Source: an uncultured Acidobacteriota bacterium
Lineage (GTDB): Bacteria; Acidobacteriota; UBA6911; RPQK01; JAPXNP01
Direction of reading: 5' to 3'
NCBI GenBank assembly: GCA_963777605.1
Contig: CAVZRV010000035.1
Span: forward strand, 1 to 64,000
DNA: 64,000 nt
Below, one piece after another: positions 60,765 to 64,000 of the stretch. How positions within the stretch are numbered: the first letter of the stretch is position 1; each line of letters opens with the position of its first letter. The notes under the pieces are model-generated. The model had not been told where the DNA came from. It saw only the letters and a list, made by a program, of their open reading frames with translations, and did no database searches. A program made the translations under genes and the position numbers.

Positions 60765-62033
60765 CTAATCCTCGTCCACCTGGATTTCCGAGCGTTTCAG
60801 TGTCGATTTCAGATAGAAGCTCCCTTTGGAGACCACCGGAGTTCCCTCAGCCAAGCCCTCCACTTCGATCCAGCCGTCTGCCTTCAGTCCAGTCGTCACC
60901 GGAACGCTCCGGAACTGGCCCGGGCTCTCCATCACAAACACCACATCCTGTTCGTCCAGGTTCTGAAGTGCCCCTTCCGGGACAGCCACACCCGTCTTCT
61001 CGTCAGTAGTGGGTATCCGAACCGAAACGAACATCTCCAGTTTCAGGAGGTTTAAGGGGTTGAAGACGACACAACGCACCTGCGCCGTCCGCGTCTCCTT
61101 TTCCAGAACATCGCTGATGTAGGTCAGCCGTCCCTGAAAATTCCGGCCGGGATAGGATTCGCTGACGATTTGTACATCCTGCCCCTCGCGGATCCGTGCC
61201 AGGTCCTTTTCGTAGACATCGGCCAGGACCCAGACCGTACCGACGTCGGCAAGAGTCATGAGTTCTCGAGAAGGCTCAACCAGTTCTCCCTCGGCGATGT
61301 TGTAGCCGATGATGACGCCAGAAAACGGGGCTCGGAGCGTGCTGTGAGTGGCTGTCCGATGCCCTCCTGAACCGCGAGGATCCTCCAGTGCAACGATCTC
61401 TTTCTCAGTGAGACCAAAGCGGTGCAGTTTCTCTTCAGACCGGGCGATTTCGCTCCGCTGACTTTCAACCATGGCTTTGGCGTTCCTGTATTGAGCCTCG
61501 CGAAGCTCGACTTCCTTCTTTGCGATCGCCTGCGCCTCGAGCAGTTCGACCCCTCGCTCCCAGAACTTGCGGGCAACTTCCTGTTCAGAAATGTACATTT
61601 GCAGTCGAGCTTGCTGGCTCAGATACTCGCCGATCAACTCGCCGAGTTCGATGTTGTCGTACAGGATCAGTGGGTCTCCCTCCCGTACACGATCACCGCG
61701 ACGAACAAACACTTTTTCGGCAACGCCGCGGGCCAGCGGTCGGATGTGGGCGACCCGCGCCTCATTGGGAGACACGGCCCCGGTGGCCGACAGATGCTCT
61801 TGGAGTCGGATCACCCTGCTGTCTTCAAGTTGAATCGCCCCCATTCGGATTTGATCCGGGCTCAGCTCCACAACATCCTCAGATGGTTCGTCGCGCGCCA
61901 TCGCATCATGACCCGCCTCACTCCGGACGATACCGATTTCCGCGGATCCGCCGGGACCGCAAGCGACCAGACCCAGGCCGATGAACATCAACAGCAGACG
62001 TTGCACGGTGCAGAAGTTTCTTTGCTTTCCCAT
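60765..62033 (-). CDS. czcB: CzcB/CusB membrane fusion protein
   Basis: Lipobox LVAC; LRAPFSGVI; VWVLADVYEKDL; TRTAQVR. Confidence 0.92.
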   Translation of the reverse strand: MGKQRNFCTVQRLLLMFIGLGLVACGPGGSAEIGIVRSEAGHDAMARDEPSEDVVELSPDQIRMGAIQLEDSRVIRLQEHLSATGAVSPNEARVAHIRPLARGVAEKVFVRRGDRVREGDPLILYDNIELGELIGEYLSQQARLQMYISEQEVARKFWERGVELLEAQAIAKKEVELREAQYRNAKAMVESQRSEIARSEEKLHRFGLTEKEIVALEDPRGSGGHRTATHSTLRAPFSGVIIGYNIAEGELVEPSRELMTLADVGTVWVLADVYEKDLARIREGQDVQIVSESYPGRNFQGRLTYISDVLEKETRTAQVRCVVFNPLNLLKLEMFVSVRIPTTDEKTGVAVPEGALQNLDEQDVVFVMESPGQFRSVPVTTGLKADGWIEVEGLAEGTPVVSKGSFYLKSTLKRSEIQVDED

Positions 62034-62035
62034 TT

Positions 62036-63292
62036 CTATAAGTCCTCGCCGATTGCCCGTTCGAGCCGAGCTCGACTGATTTCGAAATCGTACAGCGCCT
62101 GGTTGTAGAGCAGCATGGTTTCGCTGTAGGTCCGCTCCGCATCCAGAAACTCGATCAGGGAGGCTTCCCCAAGGCGGTATGAGGCCTCCGTGATGTCCCG
62201 GGCCTGCTCGGCCTTCTCGAGGTATTCGTTCTCCAGCGCCTGGATCCGCCGTCGGCCTCCCGCGAGCTGTTCGAGGGCGATGCTCACTTCCTTGAGAACC
62301 ATGATCTGTCCAAACAGCAGCTGGTTCTCCTGGCGTCGCCTCTCAGCCTGCGCCCGGTGAATCGGCCCTTCGTTTTGGTTGAAAACGAACAGCGGCAGTT
62401 CAATCCCGGCAATCGGACCGTTCGAGTCGATTTGCCGCTGATATCCGGCAAAGGCGGTCGGATTTGGCTTCGATCTCGCCTGCTCCAGTTCGATCGCCAG
62501 GTCGGCCCGGGTGACTCGGGCACGCTCTGCCGCAAGGTCCGGCCGCTGTCTCAGCGCGATCTCTCTCAGTTCTCCCTCCGACGGCGGCGAGAAGGAAGGG
62601 TTGAAGCTGTCGGCAGCCTGGAACTGTTGAGTGAAGTCACTGGATCCGACAAGCGCCAACAGGTCGACCTTTGCACTGTCCAGGCGGACTTCCGCGTCGA
62701 CGACGGCGGCCAAGAAGGGGTACTCTGCCGCCTCGGTGCGCCGAAGTTCACCTCCCGAGATTTCCCCGGACTCGAAGCGGGTCCGGTTCAGTTGAACGAT
62801 TTCCTTGAAGCGCTGAAGAATCCTACGAGCCAGCTCAAGGTCGCGCTCAGCCAGGACCACCTGGTAGTAGACCTGTTTGAGATCGTAGTTGAGCAGCCGG
62901 AGCAGGTCTTCCACTTGAATCGACGCGATCTCCGTGTCGGCCATTTCAACGCGGGTTCTTTTGTCTCTCTTTCCCCCGGTCAGGAACTCCTGACGCAGAG
63001 TCAGTAAGGGCTGAAGGCGGTCCACGAAGCTGCCTCTTTCCGAGTCAAACACCAACCCTTCTGAACCGAACGAAAACGTTGGATTCGGGTATCGCTTCAC
63101 ATCCAGGACATCGCCCTTTTCGGCGTCGATCTCCTGCTTTTTCGCTTGAAGGGCAGGATTGCTGTCCAGAAGCGACCGAGCCTCCTTCAGGGTGAGTCGC
63201 TCAGGAATTCTGACATCTGTTTGGGCCTGCAGCAGGCTGCAGACTGTCATCGATATCGCCGCCAGAGCGGCCAGGGTTCTATTGAGGAACAA
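62036..63292 (-). CDS. czcC: CzcC/TolC-family outer-membrane factor
   Basis: Signal peptide; YPNP; ALRQRPDL; LPLFVFNQNEG; YRLGEASLIEFLDAERT. Confidence 0.9.
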   Translation of the reverse strand: MFLNRTLAALAAISMTVCSLLQAQTDVRIPERLTLKEARSLLDSNPALQAKKQEIDAEKGDVLDVKRYPNPTFSFGSEGLVFDSERGSFVDRLQPLLTLRQEFLTGGKRDKRTRVEMADTEIASIQVEDLLRLLNYDLKQVYYQVVLAERDLELARRILQRFKEIVQLNRTRFESGEISGGELRRTEAAEYPFLAAVVDAEVRLDSAKVDLLALVGSSDFTQQFQAADSFNPSFSPPSEGELREIALRQRPDLAAERARVTRADLAIELEQARSKPNPTAFAGYQRQIDSNGPIAGIELPLFVFNQNEGPIHRAQAERRRQENQLLFGQIMVLKEVSIALEQLAGGRRRIQALENEYLEKAEQARDITEASYRLGEASLIEFLDAERTYSETMLLYNQALYDFEISRARLERAIGEDL

Positions 63293-63397
63293 CGCTTTTT
63301 CCCCTTGGTCTTGAGTAGTTGAGCATCTATCAACAGTTTCCCGGACAGACTAAGACCCGGGTTCCACTGATAAATCAGAGTTGGAGAAGGATTGCGA

Positions 63398-63748
63398 TCA
63401 GGCTGCTAATGGCGGGTGAAAAAAGTCGGAAGGGAGAGAATCTCTGATCAATTCCACATTGAATTCGAGTTCGTCGTACTGCGGCTGAAAGCCAAGAACG
63501 GTCCCCTGCGTCAACGATACACTCGTGGCGTGAAGCAAGCAAAAGTGAATGTGGATTGGCTCTTCATTGGGGAATGGGGACGACCGCTCAAACCCGTCCT
63601 GGAGAACGCAGTTGTCCTCTGTATGAGGCACCGGTTTCGCTGTCACAGTGGTTTCAGGAGACGGACCACAAAAGCCACAAGCCAACTGGTCCAAGGTCGG
63701 AGCCAGGAGGAAAATCAGCAAACTGAGAATCGTTGAGGCGCGAAGCAC
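63398..63748 (-). CDS. Small Cys/His-rich exported protein upstream of czcCBA (CzcI/DUF2946-like)
   Basis: Signal peptide; C..C, HIHFCLLH, terminal FFHPP; typical position ahead of a metal-efflux operon. Confidence 0.6.
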   Translation of the reverse strand: MLRASTILSLLIFLLAPTLDQLACGFCGPSPETTVTAKPVPHTEDNCVLQDGFERSSPFPNEEPIHIHFCLLHATSVSLTQGTVLGFQPQYDELEFNVELIRDSLPSDFFHPPLAA

Positions 63749-64000
63749 GTCGGGGTAGTTTAGCAGGTGCTTCTTCCTCCGATCAAACAGGCGGGTGCTT
63801 CGGTTCTCACGATCTGGCCGATCTCCTTGGCAAACTGGCGTCCTTGCGACACGAGGTCTTTCAGCGGCAACATTCTTGGCCTGCTCTGGCCAATTTCTAG
63901 ACAGAAGGATTCGCCCTTCTCCAGTCCACCCACTCTTCCTTTCGAACGGAGTTGATGAACCCGCAGCTCAGATGCAGCGTCTTCCTCCGCTGCCAGAGTG

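Noticed and set aside
1-64000. CRISPR array, tRNA, rRNA or integron integrase
   Set aside because: No regularly spaced repeat-spacer units, RNA gene signatures or tyrosine recombinase motifs were seen by eye.

Overview
GC-rich mosaic accessory region, probably a genomic island or ICE-like element. Gene content and protein styles suggest Acidobacteriota (inference). Left to right it carries: the 3' half of a type 1 BREX locus (brxC end, pglX, pglZ, brxL); a deleted AbiE remnant; an IetAS-like AAA ATPase plus S8 peptidase pair; and a TonB-like receptor / ECF sigma / anti-sigma operon converging on a signal-peptide TPR-CHAT protease. Between those converging units is an integrase-less array of attC-flanked cassettes (CBASS CdnE+Cap15, Shedu, two putative nucleases). 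Next come leading-region-type genes (radC, ardC, a small putative ssDNA-binding gene in three copies), TetR plus hydrolase, IS21 elements, a stress-protein cluster, a second attC cluster, an IS-disrupted ECF sigma, an intact AbiE pair and a czcCBA-PII heavy-metal efflux operon. The most unusual signal is a conserved double-hairpin element upstream of radC, ardC and two copies of the small gene. Its distal hairpin holds a sigma54-like -24/-12 sequence arranged so that it would face the gene only when the DNA is single-stranded and folded, making it a candidate sigma54-type ssDNA promoter. Many genes in the first 29 kb contain single-base frameshifts that look like long-read indel errors. All calls come from reading motifs by eye; no database searches were run.
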